Below, piece by piece: positions 1-12,415 of a stretch of 64,000 nt of DNA. Position numbers and translations under genes: made by a program. The first letter of the stretch is position 1. Each line of letters starts with the position of its first letter. This DNA comes from Callorhinchus milii. Taxonomy: Eukaryota. The stretch spans positions 2,792,001 to 2,856,000 of the forward strand of contig NW_024704742.1 of assembly GCF_018977255.1 (NCBI RefSeq), given 5' to 3'. The notes beneath the pieces are model-generated. The model made no database searches. It was not told the origin of the DNA and was given only the letters and a program-made list of their open reading frames with translations.

Positions 1-422
1 GAGCCCCATGTGTGGTCTCCGCAAATTGTTAGTCGATTTTGATCACTGACACCTCAGCAATCTGTGTCTGGGCGGTGATTTCTCCTGTTTGTGTGACTAT
101 CTTACTGTCTTAGGCAGCGTTGGGAAGTCACCAATGTTATTTGGGGGTATTATTGGTCACCGGCAGAAACTTCCTCTTTTTGACTAGTGAAGTGAAGTAT
201 CAGCGTAGAGTGTATATAACCTTTCTGGAAAGGTTAAATCGTTTCCCATTTAGTCTCCCTCTTGGCTGGAGTAGAAGGCAATGAACTTGCTATCAGGATG
301 TTTGGCCCATCCATGCATGAGATTGCACAAAAAGCCGGGAGTAATTCTCCCTCAGCCTTTACTGTCTCTCTCTCTCGAGTGGCAACGCTTTGGTTCCTCT
401 GTGTGACGGAATAACTGACCTG

Positions 423-755
423 AATAATAATAATAATAATAATCCTTGCATTTGATATAGCGGTTTTCACGTCTTCTCGAAGTCTCAAAGCGCTTCACCG
501 AATAGACTGTAAAGTGAATTAGTCAATTGACTGTATATTTGTGGGCGAAATGCGGCAGCCAATTGCGCACGGCAGCGTCCCCACAAACAGCCGTAGATTG
601 AAGCGACCAATTTATTATTGGGTTTTTTTTCTTGAGGGATTATTGTTAGGCGTGTGGCGTACGTAAACTTGCCCAAGGTTTCACCCTGCCGGGAATCGAA
701 CCCAGGTCTCTCGCTTGCAAAGCGAGCGCTCTAACCACTGAGCTACAGGACTCCA
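423..755 (-). mobile_element. Young tRNA-Ala-headed Deu-type SINE, full length (variant A head)
   Basis: Head ggagtcctgtagctcagtggttagagc...ggttcgattcc with A/B boxes and TGC anticodon loop; body ctgtttgtggg...aattggctgcc; (TTA)n tail. Confidence 0.93.
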
Positions 756-1689
756 CTGCAAGACGCTGGAACTCCAAGATGCCACCCCTTCCCTTCAATC
801 TAAATTTAATTTGCTTTCCTCCCCCTCCACCCTCCATCCATCGTGATAATTCAAAAAAAATGTAAAAATCACAATTTTCTTCCAATTTCCATGCCAGTCT
901 CAGTTCTCATCGCAAATTATCATCTGACATATGAAGGCTTTCAGGCAATTGGATGCCTGTGACTGATTAATATGGACAGGAGGTGTAACGGAGATGGATG
1001 CTGCAGAGCATATTCGGACCCAAAATTCATCGACCTAATTCATTTTAATTTGTAGAATTAATGCTGTGGGGAATGCCTCGACACTCTAGCAAAGACTGCT
1101 GCACACGCTTTTTATTAGCAAGTTATCTCCGCAGAGGATTTCACGCTTTAGCGCACGAGAATCAGCATAGCGAAAACCTACAAGAAGCCGTGGTTTTTTT
1201 CAGGCAGCCCCCGAAACAGTGAAAACGAGACGCCTTAATCTGGAGAGGTCATCCAAAGCATCGTATTTGGTCTGATTCAAGCCCTTGTCCAGACTGAATA
1301 TACTCATTGAGATTCAGTCTGATCTGAGGTCGCAGACCTGAGCTGTCACGCAGGAGAATCGGTGTGTGCCTTCACTGATGCGTTTCCATCGCAAAGACAT
1401 CTCCAGGAAGCCCTTTCAGTCAATGGATTTCTCGCTCACAAAGTCCCATGTACGGTCTCTGCCCTTTGTGAACCCGAGAGCTAGTCGTACTTAATCGCTG
1501 GAGCCTCAGCAGTCGGGGTGGTGTTTTCTTCCCCTCTGTCTTGCGGCAACATTGAGCGGGTCACGTTGAGGAGCTCCAGTGGGCAAACTGGGAAGTTTAC
1601 TGGCGCTCTTGGTTATATAATCTCACCTCTGAGTCGGAAGGTTGTGGGTTCAAGGCACCTCGTCAATATGGCATCATTCATTTTTTGAC

Positions 1690-2070
1690 CATGTCTCAGA
1701 GGGCTCGATACTGCTCCCCGGCGGTCCGAGCTGGGGAGAGAGCTAAAGGAGGTGGTGGTTGGCGGGGTGGGGGAGAAGATGATATCAACTATGGTCAAAG
1801 AGATGCATCTTGAGATGAACCTTGAATGAGATGAGAGAGGGATATAAGAGTTGGAGGAATTCTGAAACGGTGTTGCAGAGAGCGGGGGGGGGTCAAAATC
1901 GCTGAAAGCCTACCCGCTGATGGTGGGGCAGGTAGGGTCGGGGACATGAAGCAGACTCTCTGAGCAAAGGGAATGACTGGGTAGATCGGGTCGAAGCAGG
2001 TCGCAGCGTTAGGGTGAAATGGAATGGGATGGAGGGATGCGAAAGCGAGGACGAAGATCCTGAATTTTAT
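1690..2070 (-). mobile_element. Decayed L2-clade LINE 3' fragment
   Basis: Purine-rich reverse complement of the 3' region seen at 46900-47230. An old SINE head lies at about 1590-1660. Confidence 0.5.
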
Positions 2071-3004
2071 TTGTCAAAGGCAAGGATTATTATTTTAGCA
2101 GTGGTTTGGTTTTTAAAGATCAAACAACGTAGTTGTGGTTGTCCAGTTTGGAGCCCAGCTCGCATTTCTTTTAAACGATTTGCAGAAATCCAGTGAGCGA
2201 TCAGAACAGTTTAGAATGCTCAATCTTAGTACTCAGTGCAGTATATTTATGTGACGAGAAGACATGAAAAGCGCTATATCAAATGCAAGGATTATTATTA
2301 TTATTATTATTACTAGGGCCTAAAGGGTTAAGATTAGCAGAGCCAAAGAATGAAATTCAGGGCTGGTTGGAACGCTGTTAATACATTCAATCTGATCATT
2401 TTCTGGAAAAGTGCTACTTAGCCTTGTTGTCTTACAATTGTGATAAAGCATTAGCTCGCCACTTTCCCAGGACCTCAACAAAGATAACATTCAAGCCAAT
2501 GTTTGACAAATGAAGCCGGAACAGCAGTCAAGCAACAAAGAGTGTCAATGGCGACAGTGGGAATCTGCTGACCTTGCTGTAAGACTGTTAGATACGGTCC
2601 TACGTTACACTCTCAGCATAGACGCATCATATACCTCCTCTGCTAGCATTTGAGATGAAGCGAAGAAGGAGGTATTGTCCTTCCAACTAATGGCCGTGTA
2701 TCCGAGCTGTTGACCTCTGACCAGACTGACCCATTCGATGGGAATCAGCACTGGCAAACCCACCTGACAGGACGACCCAAAACAGCCACCTACCTACAAG
2801 TGATTACTTGGGATCACTGATGAAAATTGACGCTATCACTTCAGCCACTTAAATATAATGATATTATTTTGGAGCATACACAACTAAAAATACACAGCCT
2901 TTGATGCAGATGACATAGGACAAATGCTCCAACTACGTGCACTTTTATTGCCAAGGGGACATTTTTCAACTGCAATAGTTCAGGCACGCATCTGTATTTT
3001 TTAA

Positions 3005-3190
3005 AGAATAATAATTTGGTCAATCCATCCACGACTGTTTGTGGGGACGCTGCTGTGCGCAATTGGCTGCCGCCTTTCGCCCACAAAATATACAGTCCAT
3101 CCACTTTACAGTATATTCTGTGAAGCGCTTTGAGACATCTCAGAGACGCGATAAAGCGCTGTATCAAATGCAACCATTATTATTATATTC
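3005..3190 (+). mobile_element. Young SINE, 5'-truncated
   Basis: Body and tail match the full-length copies. Further tail fragments at 2250-2313 and 3553-3668. Confidence 0.9.
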
Positions 3191-5983
3191 CCTGACTAGG
3201 CACCCAACTTTTATTAGAAGCCCCAATCATAAATGATTATGACAGAACCACCTACAGGGTTTCCCCTATACTTCTTGTTAATTTTAAGGAAAGTTGATGC
3301 GTGCTATACAAGTGATATAAAGGTGAAAGATAAGCATGTTTTGGGGGAATTATTTTTTTTCCCCCCCTGGCATCCCAGATCTGCCAACAGATTCGGTGCA
3401 GAGTGAAACTCCTTCGACATTACGTCAGCGACGTATGCTGCGATCTCCACATGGCTACAGTAGATTCTCACACTCTTTTAAGGGAAGCAGTGGTCAGGTT
3501 TAATTTACACGGTCCAAAATTGAGAATTTGCTTTGTGTGATAATTATCATAGGTTTGCCCACAAAATTCACAGTCACTACACTTTACAGTGAATTCAGTG
3601 AAGTGCGTCAGGATGTCCTCCTGATGTGAAAGGCGCTCTATCAAATGCAAGGATTATTTTTATTTATGGTTGCGAATAGTTAGCATCTTGTGTTTGCTAA
3701 ATCCTGTGAGATATTGTTGGGTTTATCAGTGAATTTCTACTGACTCCTATGTTCGAGAAATAGGAAATGGTTCTATAATGAATAAATCATTGGAAGACGT
3801 GAGATAATACATGAATCTCATTATTTTGGGGAGTCATTGTTTAGGCTCTGAACGCATTAGCAACTAGCCATTACATTTCACGTACATGTAAACAAACTGG
3901 TTGGCAGAGATGATATCTTTTATTGTTTTGTTTAGTTTGGGAAATTGGTACCATTCAGATATAAGTGGTTCATTAACCCGCAACAGTTGGGTATATAGTA
4001 TTGCTTGCTGGACTATCAAGTTCCTATAAATTTCCGACCCTCGTGTGCCTCTGCAAGTTAGGATGTTCAATTTCCACATTTAATCACATGAAGTTAGTCA
4101 TAACGTAATGGATTAGTCCGGAATACTGATGCATAGCTATCGAACTGGTAGAAAGCCTTATTAAATACTAGCTAGCGTAGTTTTGATGTGCCCATCTGGT
4201 TGGGGTTGTGCCATTCAGTAAATAAACTGCATATTTTGCATGGTTTACGGAATGGCTGCATCAACATCTAAAGTTGTGCGAATACGATATCATTTCGATG
4301 TGTACAAGTTCGCCTGCAGAGCAACAACTTGGATCATTTTAGTCCCGCACCTCAAATCTGCTCACATTTAGACTGACAACCAGTGAGAAAAATCTAAACT
4401 GAAGGGAGGATTATACATTCACGTTAAGGTGGTCGACAACATATAATTTAATTCGAAGCCACCTTTGGTGTGTGGAACTGAGGGGAACGAACCTTGATTA
4501 GTTTGAATAGGTTACATCTACAAAACCAACAGCTTGTCGACTCTTTATTTATGTGAGTGTAACTTGACACTGGCTTAGAAGTGCGGAATTTGAGCCGAGT
4601 TTGATGAATGAATGAAAGGATTGTACAGCTGCCTAAAGAAAAAGAGCAACTCTACATCCCAGTTTTCAGAAGAGTTTGTCATATGCCATTTGCCGCGACA
4701 CGTTTCGCAATCTGATTAATCCTTTCTTATTTTTTGATCACACAGATGTTCGCCTTAATGTCTTGTGTTTCATGGTGTGCGATCAATCCTTTCTTACATT
4801 TAATTACACAAATATAGTTTGAATGTGCCAGAATGTCTTGGACAACCTTTGGTGTAAAGGGTCCTCTCAGCACTGCGTTTATGGGAAATCTTTTTTCACC
4901 TTTTCTTGTTTAAAAATAATTTGTTGCAAGAATATCTTTCCTTAGAGTAATTTTTTCCCTATGTGTTGGCTTCTGGATATTGGATGTTGATGAGAGGCAG
5001 GTGAACCATCTAACTCCTGCTTCCCAGCCTGCTTTTTGAGACCGCTTCTAAATGGTGTCCAGGAAAGCTAACTCGCCAACCAAATTTCTACTTTCCTCTT
5101 TCAAAAATCCAATTGCCCCAATAAACTGCTTATTTCTATACCTCAGATAATGATATGTTGCATCTGATACAAAGACTACAATGTCTTAAAGTGCTTCTTG
5201 GAGAATCGATGTAGTGATTGTGCATTTGCGGACGAGCACAGCAGATTGTTAACCAGGACACCCTTCACTTTTGATCTTTAACGTTCACCTATACAGGCAG
5301 ACGGGATCTTATTTTATTGTCTCATCCAGTATTGCTTAATCATTTTGTTAATTTTGGCATTCCCTCTCAGAGGGTCATTAAGTTTTTGCGATCAATCACC
5401 TGAAAATTGCAAAACAGTCAATCTTCCCAGATGTGTCTTTTTAGGAATTGGGAAAGTATTGACTATCGGATATCAACGTCCTGGAAAGGCACTTTTTTCC
5501 CATATTTACTGAGGAGATTCAGAAGAGTCAGCATAGAAAGTAGTGTTTTGTGGCTTGTTGTATATTAAGCCAGTGTATAATATGTATTATTTTCTGGCTG
5601 CTTTGTTAATATTCTGCAGTGGAGCGATCGAACAATTGTTCCATTTATCAGCTACCTGTGTCTGCGTGCAAATGATTTCTGATTTGTCAATGCCTCTTCT
5701 ATTAACTAAAGTGTTGGTACGCACGGTATGTGAACTTAAATGGCTGCCTTTCATTTGGACACTGAATATGTGAAAGTCTGCCCTCTCTGAGGTGCAAAAG
5801 CAGCAGCAAGAATGTTTCATACACCCAGCTTCATCCTAATCGATGTTATTCTCCCCCCACCCGCCACCCCTCCACATGTGTACTAAAACCACTCAGATAA
5901 GAACGAAGACTTGTTTCCAGTTCACTTGTTTGATGTGAAACAAGTACCTTAGGAGTGCAAGGTCACTGCCTGCTTTTTTATAG

Positions 5984-6027
5984 CCTGCATGTATAAAACT
6001 GCTGAAAACCTGCACCTCGTATCTCAC
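5984..6027 (+). other. Candidate 44-nt exon (possibly 5'UTR)
   Basis: Acceptor cctgcttttttatag and donor CAC|gtaagt in a repeat-poor region. Confidence 0.2.
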
Positions 6028-7164
6028 GTAAGTGGGAAGGGAATGTCCAAACTTAATTGCAAGGTTGAGGTGAAGTCAACTGTTACCAGATTCTTTGTAC
6101 ATCAGCAACTGCGAAAAGATCCCACTGAACGGTATTGAAAACTTGATGTTTTGTGCTTAGTTTTGGGGGGGAAAGGCTCACTCAGAAAGGAAGTTCTTTG
6201 CGCAGTCAATCAACTGATCAATAGTGAGTCTTTTTGGTCAAGATGATGGGTGTCGTGGAAAATAATCACCTTTCTTAACGCTGGGGCTTCCACAAACGTA
6301 GGCCACCTACGCACGGAAATTTCCTGTGTCTGGAACGGAATGTGCATTCTTCTCCCTGGAGGGATGCACACTGCTTAGTTATGTCTTAGCTAATACACAC
6401 ATGTATCTCAGGCTGGTTTGGGTACTTTTAAGCATAGTGCCGCATGTTTCAGTCACCCGGCTGACCCCGCAGAAATACCGCAGAGGGCGTGCAATCCTCT
6501 CTCTGGCCATTAGAATTTGGGATACTACCAAATGGTCCAGGTTTTCCTGTCCGTTAAACTGTTTCCTTCTCAAAATTGGAAACTGAAGCAAAGGGAATCG
6601 GAGCTTAGATCTTGACGTTCTGCGCTCGGGTGCATTTTAAGTCTTGGTGAACTGTACCAGCGCGCTGGCTTGAGTGTGTTCCATCTTTCGTTCAGTGCAT
6701 TCTTTATTTTCTCTTGCACAGCAAAACAGATGTGCCCTGCCACCCACAATTACGGCATCGTCACTGATTGCAACAGTGAAGGCTGTTGCTGGATTTGGCC
6801 CACTTAGTCTGGCAGACAAACATTGGGGAATAGTCATCTATTCTAAAATCTACTCCCTATCGCATTTTTCCGTCTTCTCTGCTAACCCAAAAGTAACACT
6901 CAGCAAGTTAAAAATATAAGACAAGATATATCTCCCAACAAGGCGACTGCAGTCCAGATGGCTGATTCCATTTTCAAATCTCTCCCTGAATCTTGCTTAT
7001 TCCCCAATCCCATTTCCGATTCCCTCTTAACACTCCACACACCAACAAAATGCGCGTGCAACACTGTAAATAGCTAACAGATGTGCTCTGTGAGAGTGCC
7101 CGACTCGGTCAGTGTATTTTTCTAGGATCTATGGAGGAGAATTGTTTTGTCGTCGACATCAATT

Positions 7165-7482
7165 TAGTGCCGGGGTTGAGCACCGCATAAAGCTGAGATC
7201 CCGGCTGCCTGTTCAGCTGGACTTTAACAAACTGATGGCACTATCTGAAAAGAGAAGGGAGTTTCTCCCGGTGTCTTGACCAACAATCCTCCCGATAGAA
7301 TTACTCATTCACTTCATGGTTGTTTGTGGGCTATGGTTGTGTGCAAATTTGCCGCCACTTTGGCCGACAAAACACTTAGTTATTACATTTTATATTCAAA
7401 CCTGTGAAGCACTTTGAGCTATCTAGACGACATGATAACGAACTGTATCAAAATGCAAGGTTTATTATTACTATTACTATTA
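7165..7482 (+). mobile_element. Old Deu-domain SINE (SacSINE1/AmnSINE1-like core)
   Basis: gcctgttcag...atggcacta...gaagggagtttctcccggtgtc...ccaacaatcc core plus the shared tail. Confidence 0.8.
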
Positions 7483-8509
7483 CTTCCCCATCTTCCTTCT
7501 ACTGGCTCGTTTTGCCCTTTAGGCAAGGAACTCTTCAATACCTTGCCTAAATTCCCATGTGTGAGCTTTGGCATAGAAAAGCCCAATTCAGAAGCCTTAG
7601 CCCCAAGACCGTTGCCCTACGATTTAACGTGAATATATCACTTTTTTCCAAAATTCTGCAATTTATGTATTAGGATAAGAGCCCTGGTTAACTTCCTTGC
7701 AATGGAGGTTCACCAAGATCAAGTGTAATGCCTCTGGTCCCCAAGCTGAGATGACCTATCCTAACAGAAAACAAATCTGCAACCTGCGATAGTCTTCATA
7801 CCTCAGCGACTTGCTGAATAAATTAACTGAAGCAGTGAGGACAGTGGGGGAGGGAGGGGAACGGAGTTGGGGAGGGGGTGGGGGGGAAGCAAGGCTAGTG
7901 ATTACTTTTTGAACAGTAGTTGTGTTTAAAATATTCCATAAAAGGTACTTATTTAGCTTTGCAGAACACTTTCCCTTTAAGTCCGCTCCGTACATGTGAA
8001 TCTGTCTGTATTGCTGGACTCCTTCAGGAAGCTGTTTGCACTTTGAAGGCCTGGTCCAGTTTCCACGTATCTGGATGAACAACGCACCCTGACATTATTG
8101 TTTTATTCATAGTCACTTTAATTTTTAATTCATAATATGGTGCGTACTCATGTGGCTCACAAAAAAAAATCTATAATACAGTGTGGAAAGGCCATGACTT
8201 ATTAATGGAGTGAAAGGTCAGTAGTTGACCTGCTTTTTTCAGACTCTGCTGTAAATGCATGAATTTAAATAAAACCAGGCCATCACATCCGTGATTAATA
8301 TATCCTTCATTTAACATTTTCAAAGCAATAACCATGTACGGACATGATCAGGGAGAATGGAGCGACAATGCTATTGTAGACGTAACACGCATGTTAATGT
8401 TGTCCGTATGTACGTTGTACAATGCAGAGACAAAAGAAACGTAGAGAATGTGTTGAAAGCGTTGCTGAGTGTAACAACCCAGTTGAAACAAAACTTCGAT
8501 AATAATACG

Positions 8510-8815
8510 AATCCTTCAATTTGACCTAACTCTCTATCATCATCCAGACATCTCAAAGTTTTTCATGGGATTTTACTGTAAATGATAGTGACTGTGTAGT
8601 ACGTAGGCAAACCTGGCAGCCAATATGCAGCTCACAGCAGCGTCCCACAAACAGCCACGAAGCGAACGACCAATTTAATTTGGGGGACGTTGGCCAAGAC
8701 AACTTTTCGAGTTACTGCTGCGGGATCTTTGAACAGTCATAGATGGGGACCTCATTTTAAAGTCTCAGCCAAAGGACAGCAACTCCTCCAGCAATGCCTG
8801 GGCTACGTGAGCTAA
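8510..8815 (-). mobile_element. Old Deu-domain SINE, decayed
   Basis: Reverse complement of the Deu core and tail. Another + strand Deu fragment lies at 8930-9103. Confidence 0.7.
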
Positions 8816-8819
8816 GTGC

Positions 8820-8930
8820 CGTGCCTGTTCCCTGTCTATCCCTCCAAGTCCCGCTGCCCAGCCTGGCTGGTCTGGTCTGTCGTGTACAGCGCAAGTGCTG
8901 AGGATCCGCCTGGGCCAGGAACAGCTCCAA
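8820..8930 (-). repeat. Unclassified old repeat family X, partial copy
   Basis: Reverse complement aligns by eye with 20170-20270. Confidence 0.5.
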
Positions 8931-9106
8931 TGATGGCAGTGCTGGAAGGTGCTGTCGTGTCAGAGGGACCATCCTTCAGATGAGCCGTTAAACTGATACT
9001 CCGTTTGCCTGTTCCGGGTACGAGATCTTGTGGCGTTATTCAGAAAGAGATGTGACTTTTCTCCCAACGTGATGGCCAATGATCCTCCAGAAGAAATTTG
9101 TCGCAT

Positions 9107-9477
9107 AGTCCCGTAGCTCAGTGGTTAGAGCACTCGCCTCATAAGCGAGAGGACCTGGGTTCGATTCCCGGGCAGGGGGCGAAACATTGGGCAAGTTTCC
9201 TTACTCCACACTCCTCTGTTTACTGAGCAGTAAGTAGGAACCTGGTTATTACTTGATTGGCGGATCGTTTTTCCAGGGGTAACAACTCCTTCAATAAAAT
9301 AATAAATTTGTCACTCAATCCACGACTGTTTGCGTGGGATGCTGTTGTGCGCAATTGGCTGCAGCGTTTCGCCCACAAAATATGCAGTCAATTCACTTTG
9401 CAATATATTCTGTGAAGCGCTTTGAGACGCCTCACGACATGAAAAGGCGCGATATCAAATGCGAAGATTATTTTTAT
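9107..9477 (+). mobile_element. Young SINE, full length (variant B, extra ~80-bp internal segment)
   Basis: tRNA-like head, then cctctgtttac...gtaagtaggaacctggtt...gattggcggatcg, then body and tail. Confidence 0.92.
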
Positions 9478-9510
9478 AAATTATCTTTATTCAAAGAGCG
9501 CGAAGTTCAG

Positions 9511-9833
9511 ATAATAATAATAATAATCCTTACATTTGATATAGCGCTTTTCACGTCGGGAGGACGTCCCAAAGCGCTTCACAGAACACACTGTAAAGTG
9601 AATTGACTGTATATTTGTGGGCGAACGTGGCAGCCAATTGCGCACAGCAATGTCCCACAAACAGTCGTAGATTGAAAATGACCAATTTATTATTGTTTTT
9701 GGTTTTGGAGGGATTATTATTAGGCTCTGTGTGGAGTAAGGAAACTTGCCCAAGGTTTCGCCCTCTGCCTGGGATTGAACTCAGGTCTCTCGCTTGCAAA
9801 GCGAGTGCTCTAACCACTGAGCTACAGGACTCC
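9511..9833 (-). mobile_element. Young SINE, full length (variant A)
   Basis: Nearly identical to 28994-29328; possible TSD agata. Confidence 0.95.
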
Positions 9834-10045
9834 CGAGATATTTTTTAAAGAGGAGAATTTCAACATGACTTATAAAAAACAAAAGAATAGTTTTATATTT
9901 AATATCTGTAAATGTATTCTGGGCTCGTCAGTTTCCGTCAATGGAGATTCCATCGTTTTCTATTCATTATTATTCATTTATTAATATTATTCATTATTGT
10001 GACTCTAAAGCTATGTCGGTGTTGCCTTTGCCTCTCTTTTATTAG

Positions 10046-10081
10046 CCTTGCCGCAGTTCAAAGTTGCCTTAAAATTGCCAG
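10046..10081 (+). other. Candidate 36-nt micro-exon (5'UTR or coding)
   Basis: Long pyrimidine tract gcctttgcctctcttttattag and strong donor CAG|gtgagc. Confidence 0.3.
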
Positions 10082-10874
10082 GTGAGCTTCAAAGCCAGTC
10101 TGGCTGTGTGTTTACAGTTTGATGGTTTGATATAGGAATTAAATTACTTCGTTCCCACGTGACTTCTAAAGTACACAGGTAGCTCGATTTTTTATCAGTT
10201 ACCTTGACTTTTTGATCAACAGAAACGTACTCGCAGTGTGAACTGAAGCTTGAAGGGTTTTTCATCTGCCATTTGACAGAATGTAGAAAACAGGCCCTTT
10301 ACTTAAATTGACTCCTCAATCATTGGAGGCAAAATAGAAGAAGCCAATGAAACAAACACATTTCCCTTCAAGTCTCCCAGACTCAAGTAGGATAGGAGTA
10401 CTTGAAAGCCATCACTGAAATGTAATACAGATTAATTGCACTCATTAAAGGTATGGAATGGAAAGGAATTTCTGCTGAAAGGGATTTTGGTGATTTTAAG
10501 TTTCACTTAAAAATGCCCTGCGGTGTCAGAAGGAAGGTTTGGAGTTAGCTTAACAATGCGACCCTGCTGAATAAACAGCAATGCACAGCCTGCTGTCTTC
10601 CTGGCTTGGAATCCTCGCTATTTGTATCCCGACTATGTCGGGGCCGGTGACAAAATCAGCCGTGTTCTGTTCAGACTAGGCACCGTGGGGAGGGAGACTG
10701 TCGCAGATGTGGGTGGGAATGGGAAACGGTGCCTATTTGATGAAGAAAGCATTTGTTCGCTCACACTTTATTGCATGACGGCATGCTTTCAACCGATAAC
10801 ACGCACGCGGAGCACTAAGTGAACGGATTAGCATTTTGCTTCTAACCTCTTAAGCGCATTCCTGTGTTCTGCCA

Positions 10875-10923
10875 ATGGCACTCGAAAAGTGGACGTGGTG
10901 CATCGTGTTGCTTTTTTTGTTTG
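10875..10923 (+). CDS. Candidate first coding exon, signal-peptide-like (MALEKWTWCIVLLFLF + 1 nt), of an unidentified gene
   Basis: ATG in ccaATGG context, an 11-residue hydrophobic run, then a strong donor TTG|gtgagc in phase 1, the usual layout of a signal-peptide exon. Lies in a repeat-poor island. Possible upstream acceptor ttctaacctcttaag at 10854. Confidence 0.45.
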
Positions 10924-11649
10924 GTGAGCCGGGCTGTCTGACACAGGCGGAAATCCAGCACCGCGCTGAGAACTATTCCAAACCAAACGTGTGCGTACCA
11001 CCTAGCACTGAGATTTCCCTGCCTCTGGAATGGAGTGCACACTCTCTTCCCGGAGGATGCACCCTGTTTAGCCAATTCCAAAGAGTATTTTATCTGAAAC
11101 ATAAGATGTAAAATCTTCTTCACTGTTGGAAACGATATTTATTGAACAGTCCTGAACTTGATCAAGTCATACCTGTTGATTAACTACAAAGGTATCCTTG
11201 CTTTAAAAAAGTTTGAACGGCAGATACAGAAGATCTCTTTGTGTCTGTTACATACTGTGCATCAGCCCAACCCCGTGAATTTTCCCCCAAAGCAGTGACC
11301 TTGGGACTCGGACCGTCTGTCTCTATCAGTATGTCTTTAAACTTCCCGATCGTTCGAGTTTGGTGGGCGATAGGAAATGAATGTGAAGGAATGATAAAAA
11401 GGGGGAACTTTTGAAAGAGTTTCAGGCAGGAGCAGGCTGTTAGCTCCATTTTGTTACCCATTCACCTTCCCACAAGATTCTTTTGACGCATGTGCTTCAT
11501 CATTTATTAGCGGCGAATCCTTTAAATAGCATCTTGTAGTTCCACATTCCATCATCTGTGCTGGTAGCTTTGTTTTTTCATCTCACTATCACCCTTTCAC
11601 CAAAATATTTCTTCGCTTGCGTGGTCCTCGTTTTGAAGCTATGACTTCC

Positions 11650-11895
11650 CTGTTCCTGAGGTTTCGAAAAGAGAAAGGGGTTTCACCTATCGTCCTGGCC
11701 AACAATCCTCTAAGTGAAATTGGTCGTTCGTTTTGTGGCTGTTTGTGGGACGTTGCTGTGCACAAATTGGCTGCCTAGCTTGTCCACAACAACAAACAGT
11801 AATTACGCTTTACAGTGAATACCATGAAGCTCGTTGCGATGTCCTCTTGGTGTGAAAGACGTTATACCAAATGTAAGCATTATTATTATTATTGT
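11650..11895 (+). mobile_element. Old Deu-domain SINE 3' part
   Basis: Deu core end plus tail; preceded by a probable CR1 minus-strand fragment at about 11500-11645. Confidence 0.75.
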
Positions 11896-12189
11896 TCTTG
11901 AGTTGTTCGCAGCAGAAAAAGCTATCTGCTCCCAGATTTTCTAATTCCTTCTTCACTTTGTAGAGCTTTATCAAGCTCCCATCCCCTCCCCATCCCCAGC
12001 TTCTCTTTTTGGCACAAACAAGCACACCATGTCCACGTACCGAGATAACTGAGTGTCCACTCAACTCCAGCGTCACGGGGAGATTCTTTAATTCCATGCG
12101 GTGCATGTTTAGTGCACGTGCATTCAAACCCGTGGTGGGACTTGTTCAATTTGTTGATTCTCGGGGATCTGATCGTTACCGTATAGGGA

Positions 12190-12415
12190 TTAATGGAGAT
12201 AGCGAGAGGGTTGACACTGTGTGTGTGCAAGAAGAAAGGAGGGTTGGCACTGTGCACGTGGGGAGAGAGAGGAGAGCTGTATGTGGAGATAGAGAAGAGT
12301 TGGCTCTGTGTATATACGGGCTAGTTAGAAGTGCTGGCACTATTTATATGGAGTCGAGCAGTCGAGCTCGCTCTGTGTGTGGGGATAGTGAAGAGGGCTA
12401 TCGTGTGGCACTTTT
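12190..12415. repeat. Degenerate ~30-33-bp minisatellite
   Basis: Recurring tggagatag...gagttggcactgtgtg-like units. Confidence 0.55.

Noticed and set aside
9107..9180. tRNA-Met(CAT)-like cloverleaf, and tRNA-Ala-like cloverleaves elsewhere
   Set aside because: All are heads of SINE copies followed by SINE body and tail, with imperfect acceptor stems.
12190..12415. Regularly spaced ~33-bp units (also 53320-53450) as a CRISPR-like array
   Set aside because: Degenerate tandem units with no repeat-spacer structure, no cas genes, and vertebrate context.
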